From the NCBI GenBank assembly GCA_050952125.1, contig JBMNKK010000004.1:267671-331670 (forward strand): a stretch of 64,000 bases of DNA. Reading direction: 5' to 3'. The position numbers were made by a program, and so were the translations under genes. Under the pieces are notes generated by a model. It searched no databases. It had not been told where the DNA came from and saw only the letters and a list, made by a program, of their open reading frames with translations. This DNA is from Bacillota bacterium. Its GTDB lineage: Bacteria; Bacillota; Sulfobacillia; Fermentithermobacillales; Fermentithermobacillaceae. Positions 1-8,904 of this stretch are shown here, piece after piece; positions within the stretch are counted from its first letter, which is position 1, and each line of letters opens with the position of its first letter.

Positions 1-179
1 CCTTCTTTGTACTCGACTTCTTCCTCTTCAGGCACAACCACCTGGAAGATCTTGTCCTTCATGTTCATGTTGTCCACACGCTTCTCGAGGTTTGCCCTTA
101 CCTTGTTCTCATACCCCGAGTAAGTGTGGACCACGAACCATTCGGGTTTTCCTGTTGTCGAGTCTAGTTTTGTGCTCAT
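1..179 (-). CDS. nusG: Transcription termination/antitermination factor NusG, N-terminal part (gene continues beyond window start)
   Basis: Reverse-strand translation from ATG at ~177-179 gives MSTKLDSTTGKPEWFVVHTYSGYENKVRANLEKRV..., the NusG NGN-domain signature. A GGAGGG RBS lies upstream and the gene order rpmG-tRNA-secE-nusG is canonical. Confidence 0.85.
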   Translation of the reverse strand, partial: MSTKLDSTTGKPEWFVVHTYSGYENKVRANLEKRVDNMNMKDKIFQVVVPEEEEVEYKE

Positions 180-223
180 AAAATAAGGACCCTCCAAACT
201 AATACGGGTCCGGTCTCTCTCCT

Positions 224-430
224 CTACCTCTTAAGTATTGCGCTGAGCCCGAAAGCGACCACGGCATCCGTTCCCCAGAGTATCGCTCCCAAGCCGATCA
301 TCACGAAAAGCACGATAAGGGTGTAGACCCTCACCTGTCCCCAGGAGGGCCAAACAACTTTCCTTAGTTCAGCACGGGTTTCTCTTAGGAAGTTAGCGAG
401 CGACCCGAAAAACCTGGTTACCTTGTTCAT
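224..430 (-). CDS. secE: Preprotein translocase subunit SecE
   Basis: Track ORF 224..493. It is trimmed to the internal start MNKVTRFFGSLANFLRETRAELRKVVWPSW because the longer form would overlap tRNA-Trp. It is a single-TM SecE-like sequence immediately upstream of nusG. Confidence 0.8.
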   Translation of the reverse strand: MNKVTRFFGSLANFLRETRAELRKVVWPSWGQVRVYTLIVLFVMIGLGAILWGTDAVVAFGLSAILKR

Positions 431-463
431 ATTTCTCTTCCACCCAATCGACGGTGAGAATTC

Positions 464-540
464 TGGCAGGCCCGGAGGGATTTGAACCCCCAACCATCGG
501 ATTTGGAGTCCGCCGCTCTACCTATTGGAGCTACGGGCCT
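464..540 (-). tRNA. trnW: tRNA-Trp (anticodon CCA), CCA 3' end encoded
   Basis: Cloverleaf read by eye: AGGCCCGUAGCUCCAAUAGGUAGAGCGGCGGACUCCAAAUCCGAUGGUUGGGGGUUCAAAUCCCUCCGGGCCUGCCA. The anticodon loop is CU-CCA-AA, and the position between rpmG and secE is classic. Confidence 0.85.
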
Positions 541-549
541 GTACACAGT

Positions 550-711
550 CTACCTGGTTTCCCGGTGGGCCGTGTGAGTACGGCAGAACCGGCAATACTT
601 CCGAAGTTCAAGTCGCCCGGAATGAGACTTCTTGTTCTTCATTGTCGTGTAATTGCGCTGCTTGCATTCCTGGCAAGCCAGGGTCACGACCTCTGTAGTT
701 CCTTTAGCCAC
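550..711 (-). CDS. rpmG: 50S ribosomal protein L33
   Basis: Track ORF 550..747. The likely true start is the GTG preceded by a GGGAGGGG RBS, giving [28 protein letters not shown]...[14 protein letters not shown], the L33 zinc-ribbon CxxC...CxxC motif. Confidence 0.8.
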   Translation of the reverse strand: MAKGTTEVVTLACQECKQRNYTTMKNKKSHSGRLELRKYCRFCRTHTAHRETR

Positions 712-830
712 GTGCTTCCCCTCCCATCCCGGAAAAAACACCTGCAAACGAGTCTAGCACAGGCTCTCGTGCAGTGTCAATTCAGCATATTCGCCTCCGG
801 GACCGCCGAAACTCTTGTCACAGATCAAAA

Positions 831-906
831 TGGAGCTCGCAACCAGAATCGAACTGGTGACCTCATCCTTACCAAGGATGCGCTCTGCCGACTGAGCTAT
901 GCGAGC
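831..906 (-). tRNA. trnT: tRNA-Thr (anticodon GGU)
   Basis: GCUCGCAUAGCUCAGUCGGCAGAGCGCAUCCUUGGUAAGGAUGAGGUCACCAGUUCGAUUCUGGUUGCGAGCUCCA read from the reverse strand. Anticodon loop CU-GGU-AA. Confidence 0.85.
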
Positions 907-921
907 ACCACAAAGATGGCG

Positions 922-999
<78 letters not shown>

Positions 1000-1030
1000 A
1001 CGATACACTGTTCAAGCTGTCAAATTTGGT

Positions 1031-1116
1031 TGGTGGAGAGGGCAGGATTTGAACCTGCGAAGGCGTCTGCCAGCAGATTTACAGTCTGTCCCCTTTGGCC
1101 ACTTGGGTACCTCTCC
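1031..1116 (-). tRNA. trnY: tRNA-Tyr (anticodon GUA), long variable arm
   Basis: GGAGAGGUACCCAAGUGGCCAAAGGGGACAGACUGUAAAUCUGCUGGCAGACGCCUUCGCAGGUUCAAAUCCUGCCCUCUCCACCA. Class II tRNA with anticodon GUA. Confidence 0.85.
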
Positions 1117-1132
1117 ACAAGACACAGTTGTT

Positions 1133-1161
1133 ATCTTACTATCATTAGGCGCCGGCTGCAA
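1133..1161 (-). promoter_or_regulatory. Candidate sigma-A promoter for the tRNA-Tyr/fMet/Thr cluster (TTGCAG-17-TAAGAT)
   Basis: The minus strand reads TTGCAGccggcgcctaatgatagTAAGAT about 15 nt upstream of the tRNA-Tyr 5' end, with an A-rich tract upstream. Confidence 0.4.
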
Positions 1162-1295
1162 CCCGTTTTTGCTGACAGGTAAGGTTGTCTATGCCAATCC
1201 GGTAATCATCGATACCGGTAGCGCCGTTCGGCCACAGTGCTTATTATACCTGCATATCCTACTTCACGCAACACCAACGCCTGCCGCGACCTCGC

Positions 1296-3083
1296 CTAGG
1301 CCTTATGATCGGTCATCGCGAGAAACTCGGGCAAGTCCGACAAGACCAAGTCGATCGCGCTCTGCCAGAAGTCCTTGCGGGTCAGATCGGCCCCGATGTG
1401 CTTTTTGGCAAGGTCCTCAACTCGCATGCGGCCGGTATCCTGCAAGAGTCCGATATACCTGTCCTCAAACATCCTGCCTGCTTCCTTTGCCCACGAGTAC
1501 ACGCCCGCGCTGAACAGGAAACCAAAAGTGTACGGGAAGTTGTAGAAGGGCACTCTGGTGTTGTAGAAGTGCAGTTTGGATGCCCAGAAATGCGGATGAT
1601 AAGTATCGAGCGCCCCGGCGAAAGCCTCTTTCTGCGCTTCGGTCATGAGCTCATTTAGCGCCTGTACGCTGACCATACCCTTCTTCCTTGCCTCGTAAAA
1701 CCGCGTCTCGAAGAGGAATCTGGATTGGATATTCATAAGCAGCGACACGGCCCTTTGCAGTTTGTCGTCCACCAGGAGGAGGCGTTCATCATCGTTCTTT
1801 GCCGCCTTCACCGCGGCGTCCGCCACCACCATCTCTGAGAATGTGGAAGCCGTCTCAGCAACGTTCATGGCATACTGCTGAGATATGGGCGGAAGATCAT
1901 TCATCACTGACTGGTGGAAAGCGTGTCCCAGTTCATGAGCTACCGTCGCCACGTTACCCAAAGTTCCCGAGAAGGTGACGAAGATACGCGATTCCCTGGA
2001 TAGGGGGAAGCTCGTGCAGAACCCTCCCATCCTCTTACCCGGACGATCCTCAGACTCAATCCAGCGGTTTTCAAACGCTCGTGTCGCGAGGCCGGCCATC
2101 TTTGGGCTCACACGGCTAAACTGCTCTACTATGAACGCGGCGGCATCGTCGTAGCTCATCTTGCTGTCAGACTTGCCGACAGGCGCATCGAGGTCTTGCC
2201 AACCCAGTTTGTCGAGGCGGAGCAGCTTCTTCTTTCTCTGCATGTAAGTCACTAGCCGGTCTTTGTTGCTGTCGATGGTGTCCCACATCGCATCCAGAGT
2301 GTCTCGTGTCATGCGATTGTTTTCGAGAGGTTCCTTCAGTACCGAGTCCCAACCCCTCCTGCGGTACAGCGACAGCCTGTACCCGGCTAGACGGTTGAGG
2401 GCCAAGGCGCACAGATCGGCTTCTTTAGCCCACGCTTCCTCCCAGCGCTCCATAATGTGAGCTCTCACGGCAGGGTCGGGCCCGGACATTCTGTTGGCCG
2501 CCTGTCCGGGAGACAGAGTGACTTCCTTGCCGTTCTCGGTCACCGTTATCGACATCCGTCCGGTAACGAGATCGTACAAGTCCGACCATCCCTGGTAGCC
2601 GTCAATGGAAAGCTCGTTGACCAAGATCTCCTGCTCGGTGGGAAGCATATCCTTGGTCCGCGTTCTACGCTCGTTCAAGTTGAATGCAAGGGGGGCGAGC
2701 TCCTTAGTGGACATCAGGGACCGCCACTCATCCTCGGAAACGGCCAAGATCTGCTGGTCCAGCACGGTCATAGCCGAGGCGAATCCGGCCTGAATCTCCC
2801 TAACTCTGCCGCCTACCACCCGGCTCTGCCGGTCACCGACATCTTGTGCATTCAGGCAGGAGATGAAAGCCCCGCTCTGTCTCAACCTCTTGGTGAGGTC
2901 CTGAAGGAGAGTTATCCTATCGACCCATCCTGAAAGGTCCTGCGGAACTCCACCCGACACATCGTCTCGGAATGCTCGTACGTCCGCCTCAAGGCAGTCC
3001 AGAAAAGCTGCGAACTCTCTAGAATGGCTACCACCAGGAAAGAAAACATCCAGGTCCCAGGTTTCAGGTAAGTTCTTGAACAC
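1296..3083 (-). CDS. pepF: Oligoendopeptidase F (M3B family zinc metallopeptidase)
   Basis: 595 aa with the HELGHAFH zinc-binding motif. The N-terminal and C-terminal regions are typical of PepF. Confidence 0.85.
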   Translation of the reverse strand: MFKNLPETWDLDVFFPGGSHSREFAAFLDCLEADVRAFRDDVSGGVPQDLSGWVDRITLLQDLTKRLRQSGAFISCLNAQDVGDRQSRVVGGRVREIQAGFASAMTVLDQQILAVSEDEWRSLMSTKELAPLAFNLNERRTRTKDMLPTEQEILVNELSIDGYQGWSDLYDLVTGRMSITVTENGKEVTLSPGQAANRMSGPDPAVRAHIMERWEEAWAKEADLCALALNRLAGYRLSLYRRRGWDSVLKEPLENNRMTRDTLDAMWDTIDSNKDRLVTYMQRKKKLLRLDKLGWQDLDAPVGKSDSKMSYDDAAAFIVEQFSRVSPKMAGLATRAFENRWIESEDRPGKRMGGFCTSFPLSRESRIFVTFSGTLGNVATVAHELGHAFHQSVMNDLPPISQQYAMNVAETASTFSEMVVADAAVKAAKNDDERLLLVDDKLQRAVSLLMNIQSRFLFETRFYEARKKGMVSVQALNELMTEAQKEAFAGALDTYHPHFWASKLHFYNTRVPFYNFPYTFGFLFSAGVYSWAKEAGRMFEDRYIGLLQDTGRMRVEDLAKKHIGADLTRKDFWQSAIDLVLSDLPEFLAMTDHKA

Positions 3084-3171
3084 GAGAGGCCCACCTTTCC
3101 CTTTTTCTTACAGGCCATTTGGCTCACAGATACCCGAGACTCCAAGCGGTTCGCTCATCCGCACGCCTACT

Positions 3172-3897
3172 CTATTTCTTGTTGTCAGTCATCTCAAACA
3201 GACCGCGAGTGTAAATGATCGGTTCCACGTACAAGATCCCTTTGTTAGGCTCATCCAGCTGGAGTCCCTCGCTCAAAGCATCCACCACTTTGCCAACTAA
3301 GTCGTTCGGCATGAGGATGATAACGAGTTCCTTTTCCGGTTCGATCTTCACTCCAAACAGGCTTGTGGCTATCTCAGCGCCTGCACCGCGCCCATGCAGA
3401 ATGGTGCCCCCTCGCACGCCGGCTTTACGCGCAATATCCATCACGTCACTCGCCAAACCGCGATCGACTATCACCGTCAGTTTCTTGAACATGCTCTCTT
3501 CCTCCAGACATTCGCCTGTATCCATGACGCCTTGCTCATGAGCTGTGCCCTGTCCTTCGAGTCCAACTGCACCGATGACCGGTGTAGTGTAGGCAATGCC
3601 GTGTTGACCGGGCTTTGAAAGCTGGAGCGCTTCGTCGAGATAGTCCATGGTCTCTTTCGCCTTTTCCTTCTTCAACAGGAGTTGCACGATATCTTTCCTT
3701 TGATCCTTGATCCCGAACAACTGCAGAACGGTGCTGCTCACCGTGCCTTTTCCCATGATGACTATGCCGCCTCGGATCCCTCGCTCTTCAACGAGGCGGA
3801 CACACCTATGGCTCTGGTTCTCGCTGAGGATCAACGTAAGAACCTGCAGAGCCCCAACATTCGGAACGTGGTTTTGATTATCCATGGTTACCTCCAA
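3172..3897 (-). CDS. Tandem P-II (GlnB-like) domain signal-transduction protein
   Basis: 241 aa with two repeated ~110-aa modules (..LQVLTLILSENQSHRCVRLVEERGIRGGIVIMGKG.. and ..KKLTVIVDRGLASDVMDIARKAGVRGGTILHGRG..) resembling P-II folds. It overlaps and is co-directional with the upstream membrane protein. Confidence 0.6.
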   Translation of the reverse strand: MEVTMDNQNHVPNVGALQVLTLILSENQSHRCVRLVEERGIRGGIVIMGKGTVSSTVLQLFGIKDQRKDIVQLLLKKEKAKETMDYLDEALQLSKPGQHGIAYTTPVIGAVGLEGQGTAHEQGVMDTGECLEEESMFKKLTVIVDRGLASDVMDIARKAGVRGGTILHGRGAGAEIATSLFGVKIEPEKELVIILMPNDLVGKVVDALSEGLQLDEPNKGILYVEPIIYTRGLFEMTDNKK

Positions 3898-5395
3898 TTG
3901 TTCCCGCTTGGAGACTCTTAGTCTTTGCCGCCTTGCGTGTTCTCACCTGATAGAGTGCGCCTAATAGCTCAAGTGCAATAATGGGCATCATGGCAACGAT
4001 CGCGATCATGCCGAACCCGTCTGCCACCAGGTCCGCCGAAGGGACTTGAGCTGCTATGCCCTGAACAAAAGCCAAGGAGAAGGTGGCCGTCATGGGTCCG
4101 GAAGCAACGCCGCCTGCATCAAAGGCCATCCCGACGAACAACTCGGGCACAAAGTAGGCGAAGACTACAGCAAGCCCAAATCCGGGCAGCAAATACATCC
4201 ATAGCTTAAGACCGGGCACGAAGATCCGCAAGGCGGACATGAAAATGGACAGCCCCACTGCAACAGACAGGAATAGGAAAACCATCGACCTCTTGACGAA
4301 CCCGCCTGTAACGCTTTCGACCTGGTGGGTCAAGACGTGAACGGCAGGCTCGGCCAGCACGGTCGCCAGGCCGAGAAAAAGTGCCGTGACAAGGGTCGGT
4401 ACTTTCGACTCCATCGAAGCGAGCTGTATCCCGATCCGGGTGCCGACTTCCATAAAACCGCCGTTCACACCCAACAGAAACACTACGAGGCCAAAAAAGG
4501 TTAGGGCCAAGCCTCGCGCGATGTCGAATACACGGCTCCTTCTTTGCTTGAAAGCGAACACTTGAAACAGGATATAGACAACGACGATGGGCAAAAGTGA
4601 AACCATCGATTCCTTAGCAAGCGGCAGGAGCTTAGAGCCGTATATCTCCAGCAAGTTCGCGCTTGTGATGGTCTCCTCAGGCAGTACGCCGTTCAGCTTG
4701 TCTATCCCGAAGATCAAACCTGTAACCAGAACCCCGAGGATCGCTCCGGTAGATGAAATGCCGACCAGGCCAAAGCTGTCCGCCTCGCTGGATTTGTCAG
4801 ACTTCATGGCTGAAATGCCTGCCGCTAAAGCTAACATAAAAGGGACAGTCACCGCGCCTGTAGTCGCCCCTGAAGCATCGAATGCAATAGCGATGAAATC
4901 GGATGATGAGAAAAGCGACAGAAGGAGAATAAGGCCATAGGCAGCCGCAAACACATGCTTGAGGCGTACACCCTTCAGTATGCGCAGCATTCCCAAAGTC
5001 ATCATAACCGCGAGTCCAATCGAGACAACAACAACCATCAAAATGCGACCAAACTGCCCCGCAGTCACGCTTTCCACCTGGCCGGCCAGGATATGGAGGT
5101 CGGGCTCGGCGTATGAAATGAAAAAACCGAGAACCAAACAGATGGTGATAACGACGGCAAAGCTCCTGGAGTGAACCAGAGTGTTACCGATACCTCGCCC
5201 GATAGGTTCCAAGCCCTGGTCTATACCGAACAGAAACGTCGTCAAACCGATAATGATAAGTACTGAACCCAAGAGGAAAGCCTGCAGCATCGAGCTATCC
5301 AGAGGACTTACGGTGAAGTGAAGGATCAATACGATCAATGTAATAGGTAGAACAGAGCTCAGTACTTCTTTTAGTTTATCTATTAGGGCATCCAA
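3878..5395 (-). CDS. Polytopic membrane protein, duplicated DUF1538-like permease (function unknown)
   Basis: 505 aa, highly hydrophobic with an internal duplication. Recollection that DUF1538 proteins are characteristically encoded next to P-II-like genes; family assignment from memory, needs an HMM check. Confidence 0.5.
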   Translation of the reverse strand: MDALIDKLKEVLSSVLPITLIVLILHFTVSPLDSSMLQAFLLGSVLIIIGLTTFLFGIDQGLEPIGRGIGNTLVHSRSFAVVITICLVLGFFISYAEPDLHILAGQVESVTAGQFGRILMVVVVSIGLAVMMTLGMLRILKGVRLKHVFAAAYGLILLLSLFSSSDFIAIAFDASGATTGAVTVPFMLALAAGISAMKSDKSSEADSFGLVGISSTGAILGVLVTGLIFGIDKLNGVLPEETITSANLLEIYGSKLLPLAKESMVSLLPIVVVYILFQVFAFKQRRSRVFDIARGLALTFFGLVVFLLGVNGGFMEVGTRIGIQLASMESKVPTLVTALFLGLATVLAEPAVHVLTHQVESVTGGFVKRSMVFLFLSVAVGLSIFMSALRIFVPGLKLWMYLLPGFGLAVVFAYFVPELFVGMAFDAGGVASGPMTATFSLAFVQGIAAQVPSADLVADGFGMIAIVAMMPIIALELLGALYQVRTRKAAKTKSLQAGTIGGNHG

Positions 5396-5637
5396 GCCAA
5401 CACCTCATTCTCACGGTAATTAACGTAGATAATTAGGCATACGATTGTTTTCTTTTGATTAACCCAAATGCTCATTCATCAGCAAGACTAATGCAATATC
5501 CATTTAATTGTGACCGTCCCATGTTTGATTGTCAATCAAGGGCCGACCAGGCAGATCAGGAGTTGAGGCAGTATGAATTGGGCCTCCGGCAGGAGTCACA
5601 AGAGCCGGAGCGAACCCTGAGTTTGAGGTGATGATAG

Positions 5638-6957
5638 TTGGTAAGGAAGTGCAAGGATCGGTTCGACCTGGCAGTCACCGGAGACTCGTTTCTGGCCACG
5701 CGGATATCGTGTTATGACGATCCGGACTTCTTGGCGGTCTTCGATATCATACGAAAGCATACGGCGGGTTTCACAAATCTTGAGGTCCTGCTGAACGACT
5801 GGAAAGGGATACCTGCTGCCGACAGCGGCGGCACTTACGCCGGCGCGTCCAGCTCTCTTGTAGACGAGTTCAAGTGGGCAGGATTTCACATGGTCTCGCG
5901 GGCAAACAACCACTCTCTGGACTACTCCTATGAAGGGCTCCGCAGGACGACAGAAGTCCTGGACAAAGCCGGCATCTGCCATGCGGGAGTCGGCGAAAAT
6001 CTCGCTGCCGCGCGCGAGCCCGCGTACCTTGAAACGCCTAAGGGTCGAGCGGCCCTGCTCTCTGCCAGTTCCACTTTCGCTCCGTGGGGCCGAGCGGGAC
6101 ATCAGAGGCCCGACTTCCAGGGACGTCCGGGGTTGTCGCCTGTCAGGTACTCAACGTATTACTCGGTGACTAGGGAAGAGTTCGATTTCCTCAAGAAAAT
6201 GGAAGAGTCGATGGGCATCTCGGAGCTGAAAGCCCAAGCCAAGAAAGCCGGCTACCTCAAAGAGAGAGACAATGAACTGGTCTTCTCAGGGCTCCGGTTT
6301 GTGCTGGGAGACAAGAGCGGGATACACACAGTGCCAAACAGCTACGACGTGGCCGAGATCACAAAGTGGATCAAGGACGCCAAACGCCAGGCCGACTGGG
6401 TCTTCTACACCCTACACGCCCACGAAGCGCACCTTAAGAGAGAGGTTCCGGCCGAGTTCATAGAGACGTTCGCCAGGGCGTGCATAGACGCCGGCGCAGA
6501 CGCGTTCATCGGACACGGGCCTCACGTCCTCCGGGGAATTGAGATCTACCGGGGCAAACCGATCTTCTACAGCCTCGGCAACTTCATCTTCCAGAACGAC
6601 TTGATCCGCAAACACCCGCAGGACATCTACGACAAGGTCGGGCAGGGGCTCACGATGGGATCGACCCCGGCCGACATGTACGACGCCCGCAGCAGAAACG
6701 ATACCAGAGGTTTCCCTTCAGACGTCGCATACTGGGAGAGCGTTCTGGGATCCTTGGAGTTCGCCGGAGGCGAGTTCCGCCGGGCTACTCTATACCCGTT
6801 GTACCTGGGATGGGACAATCCGCGCTCCCAGAGAGGCAGGCCCACTCTGGCGCGCGAGGAAATCGCGAAGAGAATCCTTGAGAGGCTTCAGACTCTTTCG
6901 GAACCTTACGGCACCAATCTCCGGATCGAGGGAGAAGTAGGGATAATCGAAGTCTAG
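5638..6957 (+). CDS. capA: CapA/PgsA-family metallophosphoesterase (poly-gamma-glutamate capsule biosynthesis-like)
   Basis: 439 aa with ..LAVTGDSFLATR.. and ..SRANNHSLDYSYEGL.. motifs typical of the CapA PGA_cap domain. TTG start with a GAGGTG RBS 8 nt upstream. Confidence 0.7.
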   Translation: MVRKCKDRFDLAVTGDSFLATRISCYDDPDFLAVFDIIRKHTAGFTNLEVLLNDWKGIPAADSGGTYAGASSSLVDEFKWAGFHMVSRANNHSLDYSYEGLRRTTEVLDKAGICHAGVGENLAAAREPAYLETPKGRAALLSASSTFAPWGRAGHQRPDFQGRPGLSPVRYSTYYSVTREEFDFLKKMEESMGISELKAQAKKAGYLKERDNELVFSGLRFVLGDKSGIHTVPNSYDVAEITKWIKDAKRQADWVFYTLHAHEAHLKREVPAEFIETFARACIDAGADAFIGHGPHVLRGIEIYRGKPIFYSLGNFIFQNDLIRKHPQDIYDKVGQGLTMGSTPADMYDARSRNDTRGFPSDVAYWESVLGSLEFAGGEFRRATLYPLYLGWDNPRSQRGRPTLAREEIAKRILERLQTLSEPYGTNLRIEGEVGIIEV

Positions 6958-7231
6958 CCTGAGGAGGTCGCGAAACAAGAGGACAGCGGAAGAGTGGTCA
7001 AAGGCGCTTGGACTAAACATCACTGCCGATGACTGCATCTGCGACGGGTGTCTGGGTGAGCGGCTTGGCGGGTACTGCCGCGAGTGCCCAATCCGCGCCT
7101 GCAATATCGAGCGGCGGTTTGACCACTGCGGCATGTGCCCCGACTACATATGCGACAACCTATCAAGGTTCTTCGGCGGCTCGACGAAGGCCAAAGACCG
7201 GCTGGAGGAACTGCGTAAAGCCCGCAGTTGA
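6947..7231 (+). pseudogene. Cys-rich DUF3795-like ORF lacking any ATG/GTG/TTG start (probable gene remnant)
   Basis: An open frame from the TAA at ~6944 to the TGA at ~7229 encodes ..ITADDCICDGCLGERLGGYCRECPIRACNIERRFDHCGMCPDYICDNLSRFFGG... The CxC/CxxC-rich pattern resembles the C-terminal half of DUF3795 proteins (recollection). There is no in-frame start codon before the Cys cluster. Confidence 0.4.
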
Positions 7232-7271
7232 CCGGCGGGCCGGGTCGTTCGCCGATGTAGCGGCTGTCCCG

Positions 7272-8669
7272 CTATTTGCGGGGGCTTCCGGCATACCTGA
7301 TGTTGGCGAACTCAGCTATGTCTTTGTCTATTGTTACTAGGTCTCCGCGGTTGAGTTCGCTGGCGGCCTTCTTGCCGACAGCCTGGATGGCAAGCTTCAT
7401 CTCTTCCTTGCACGACTTAAGGAAGTTGGCCAGACTGGCCGCCGCCTTGTCGACGTCGAGCTTATCGGCATACCTGCCGGTATACAAGGCAATCTGAGCC
7501 GGTGCTGCTTTAGGCACCACCTCCCTGGCCTGGGTGTGAATAGCAGCCAACACCGCGATAGACCCGATATACACGGCGTCGGCTCCTAGAGCCAGCGCTT
7601 TTAGGAACTCGCCGGGAGTCTTCAGTCCGCCTGCGGCGATAACGCTGAAGCGCTGGCGAATACCCTTTGCCTTAAGCCAATCCACAGTCCGGACCAGGCC
7701 GTAAAATGTCGGAAGACCGACATCATCCTCCAATGTGGGAGGAGCCACCGCCGTTCCTCCCTCAGCCCCGTCTACGACGATGAAGTCGGCCCCGGTCTTG
7801 GCGATAACCTCGAGTTCAAGCTCGATGAAATCTGTGGCCGCGATCTTCACACCCACGGGCACGTCGTAGGTGGCCTTCAGGTCATTCACAAGCTTGATGA
7901 TCGCTTCCGGTGTGTCCTTACCTTGGTGCCGCGAATAGATGACGCCATCCTCACCTTCTTTTAGACCCAGTGTTTGTCGCAGGTGATCGCCGATGGTCGC
8001 CGAAGCGATGGTAGACTCGACACCTCCGCCAAAAGCCCCCTGGCCAAACTGCACTTCTATGGCATCGAGTTGGCCGAGATCCTCTGGCCCGCTGAGGAAG
8101 TGGCCGCGATTGTACTGGCCCACCATATACAGGGCGAGTTCGCGCGTTTCCTTCGCCAGGCCCGACTCGCCCGTGTTGGTGGACGTGCCGGCCGCGGCCG
8201 CACCTTTTGCCAGAGCCATCTTAAGCTTCAGGCTTAGAGAACCGCCGTAGGACATTGCCGTGATCATTATGGGAATGCGAAGCCGTAACGGCCTTCCGGC
8301 ATTGGGTCCGATAACCGTTGTCATGTCGATATCTTTCAGGTCGGCTGTGGGAAGGTGGTGAAGCTGTCGGGGGTTCAAGAGGATCTTGTGCCAGGGAGAC
8401 AGGACGATAGGGCTTCCGAACGGCCTTTGGAGCGGCATGCCCAGTTGAGCCCTCATACCCGCCTCCACAATGGCTCGCGGTGTGAGCTTTTCAGCCACGG
8501 TAACCAACTCAAAGGGGTTATTCGGGTAATCCTCAGTGAGGAGTACTTTCAGAACTTCATCAACTAAGGGATCCGCAAGCATCTCTGCTAACCGGCTGGT
8601 CACGATAACCGCCTCCAATACGGGACTTCTCAAGGAAGTATTCCCACGCGGGGCGGAAAGAGTCGGCAC
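7272..8669 (-). CDS. FMN-binding glutamate synthase-family protein (GltB domain-2-like, stand-alone)
   Basis: 465 aa with ..IPIMITAMSYGGSLS.. and ..GADFIVVDGAEGGTAVAP.. motifs typical of the TIM-barrel FMN/FeS domain of glutamate synthase large subunits. Confidence 0.65.
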   Translation of the reverse strand: MPTLSAPRGNTSLRSPVLEAVIVTSRLAEMLADPLVDEVLKVLLTEDYPNNPFELVTVAEKLTPRAIVEAGMRAQLGMPLQRPFGSPIVLSPWHKILLNPRQLHHLPTADLKDIDMTTVIGPNAGRPLRLRIPIMITAMSYGGSLSLKLKMALAKGAAAAGTSTNTGESGLAKETRELALYMVGQYNRGHFLSGPEDLGQLDAIEVQFGQGAFGGGVESTIASATIGDHLRQTLGLKEGEDGVIYSRHQGKDTPEAIIKLVNDLKATYDVPVGVKIAATDFIELELEVIAKTGADFIVVDGAEGGTAVAPPTLEDDVGLPTFYGLVRTVDWLKAKGIRQRFSVIAAGGLKTPGEFLKALALGADAVYIGSIAVLAAIHTQAREVVPKAAPAQIALYTGRYADKLDVDKAAASLANFLKSCKEEMKLAIQAVGKKAASELNRGDLVTIDKDIAEFANIRYAGSPRK

Positions 8670-8705
8670 ATTGGCATCAAGAGAGAACTCTAAAGGGGTT
8701 TCATT

Positions 8706-8781
8706 GGAGCCAGCGAAGGGGATCGAACCCTTAACCTATTGATTACAAATCAATTGCTCTACCATTGAGCTACGCTGGCTC
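8706..8781 (-). tRNA. trnT: tRNA-Thr (anticodon UGU), 3' CCA not encoded
   Basis: GAGCCAGCGUAGCUCAAUGGUAGAGCAAUUGAUUUGUAAUCAAUAGGUUAAGGGUUCGAUCCCCUUCGCUGGCUCC. The anticodon loop is UU-UGU-AA and the sequence is followed by AAU rather than CCA. Confidence 0.75.
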
Positions 8782-8877
8782 GCGATAAGACAAAGTCGCA
8801 GCAAAGACCATGCTACAGCCTCTTCGCGGGGGTGTCAATACGCCCGGCAAGAGGCCCATCTTTAGGTCCAACAGGAA

Positions 8878-8904
8878 CGCCCGGCACAGATGGAAGGCCG
8901 GGCG
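8878..8904 (-). terminator. Candidate terminator hairpin downstream of sigH (CGCCCGGC-11-GCCGGGCG)
   Basis: A perfect 8-bp GC-rich inverted repeat is followed on the minus strand by TTCCTGTTGG. It lies between sigH and tRNA-Thr, and the motif ACGCCCGGCA occurs twice within 40 nt. Confidence 0.35.

Noticed and set aside
5596-6102. 168-aa minus-strand ORF overlapping the capA 5' region
   Set aside because: It is antisense to the capA N-terminal domain and has no RBS. It is Arg/Ser-rich and non-globular.
7029-7340. 103-aa plus-strand ORF (MTASATGVWVSG...) in the capA/gltS-like convergent spacer
   Set aside because: It is an Ala/Ser/Thr low-complexity product in a different frame from the Cys-rich open frame, and it runs into the convergent gltS-like gene. 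It was judged spurious, and the Cys-rich frame is reported instead.
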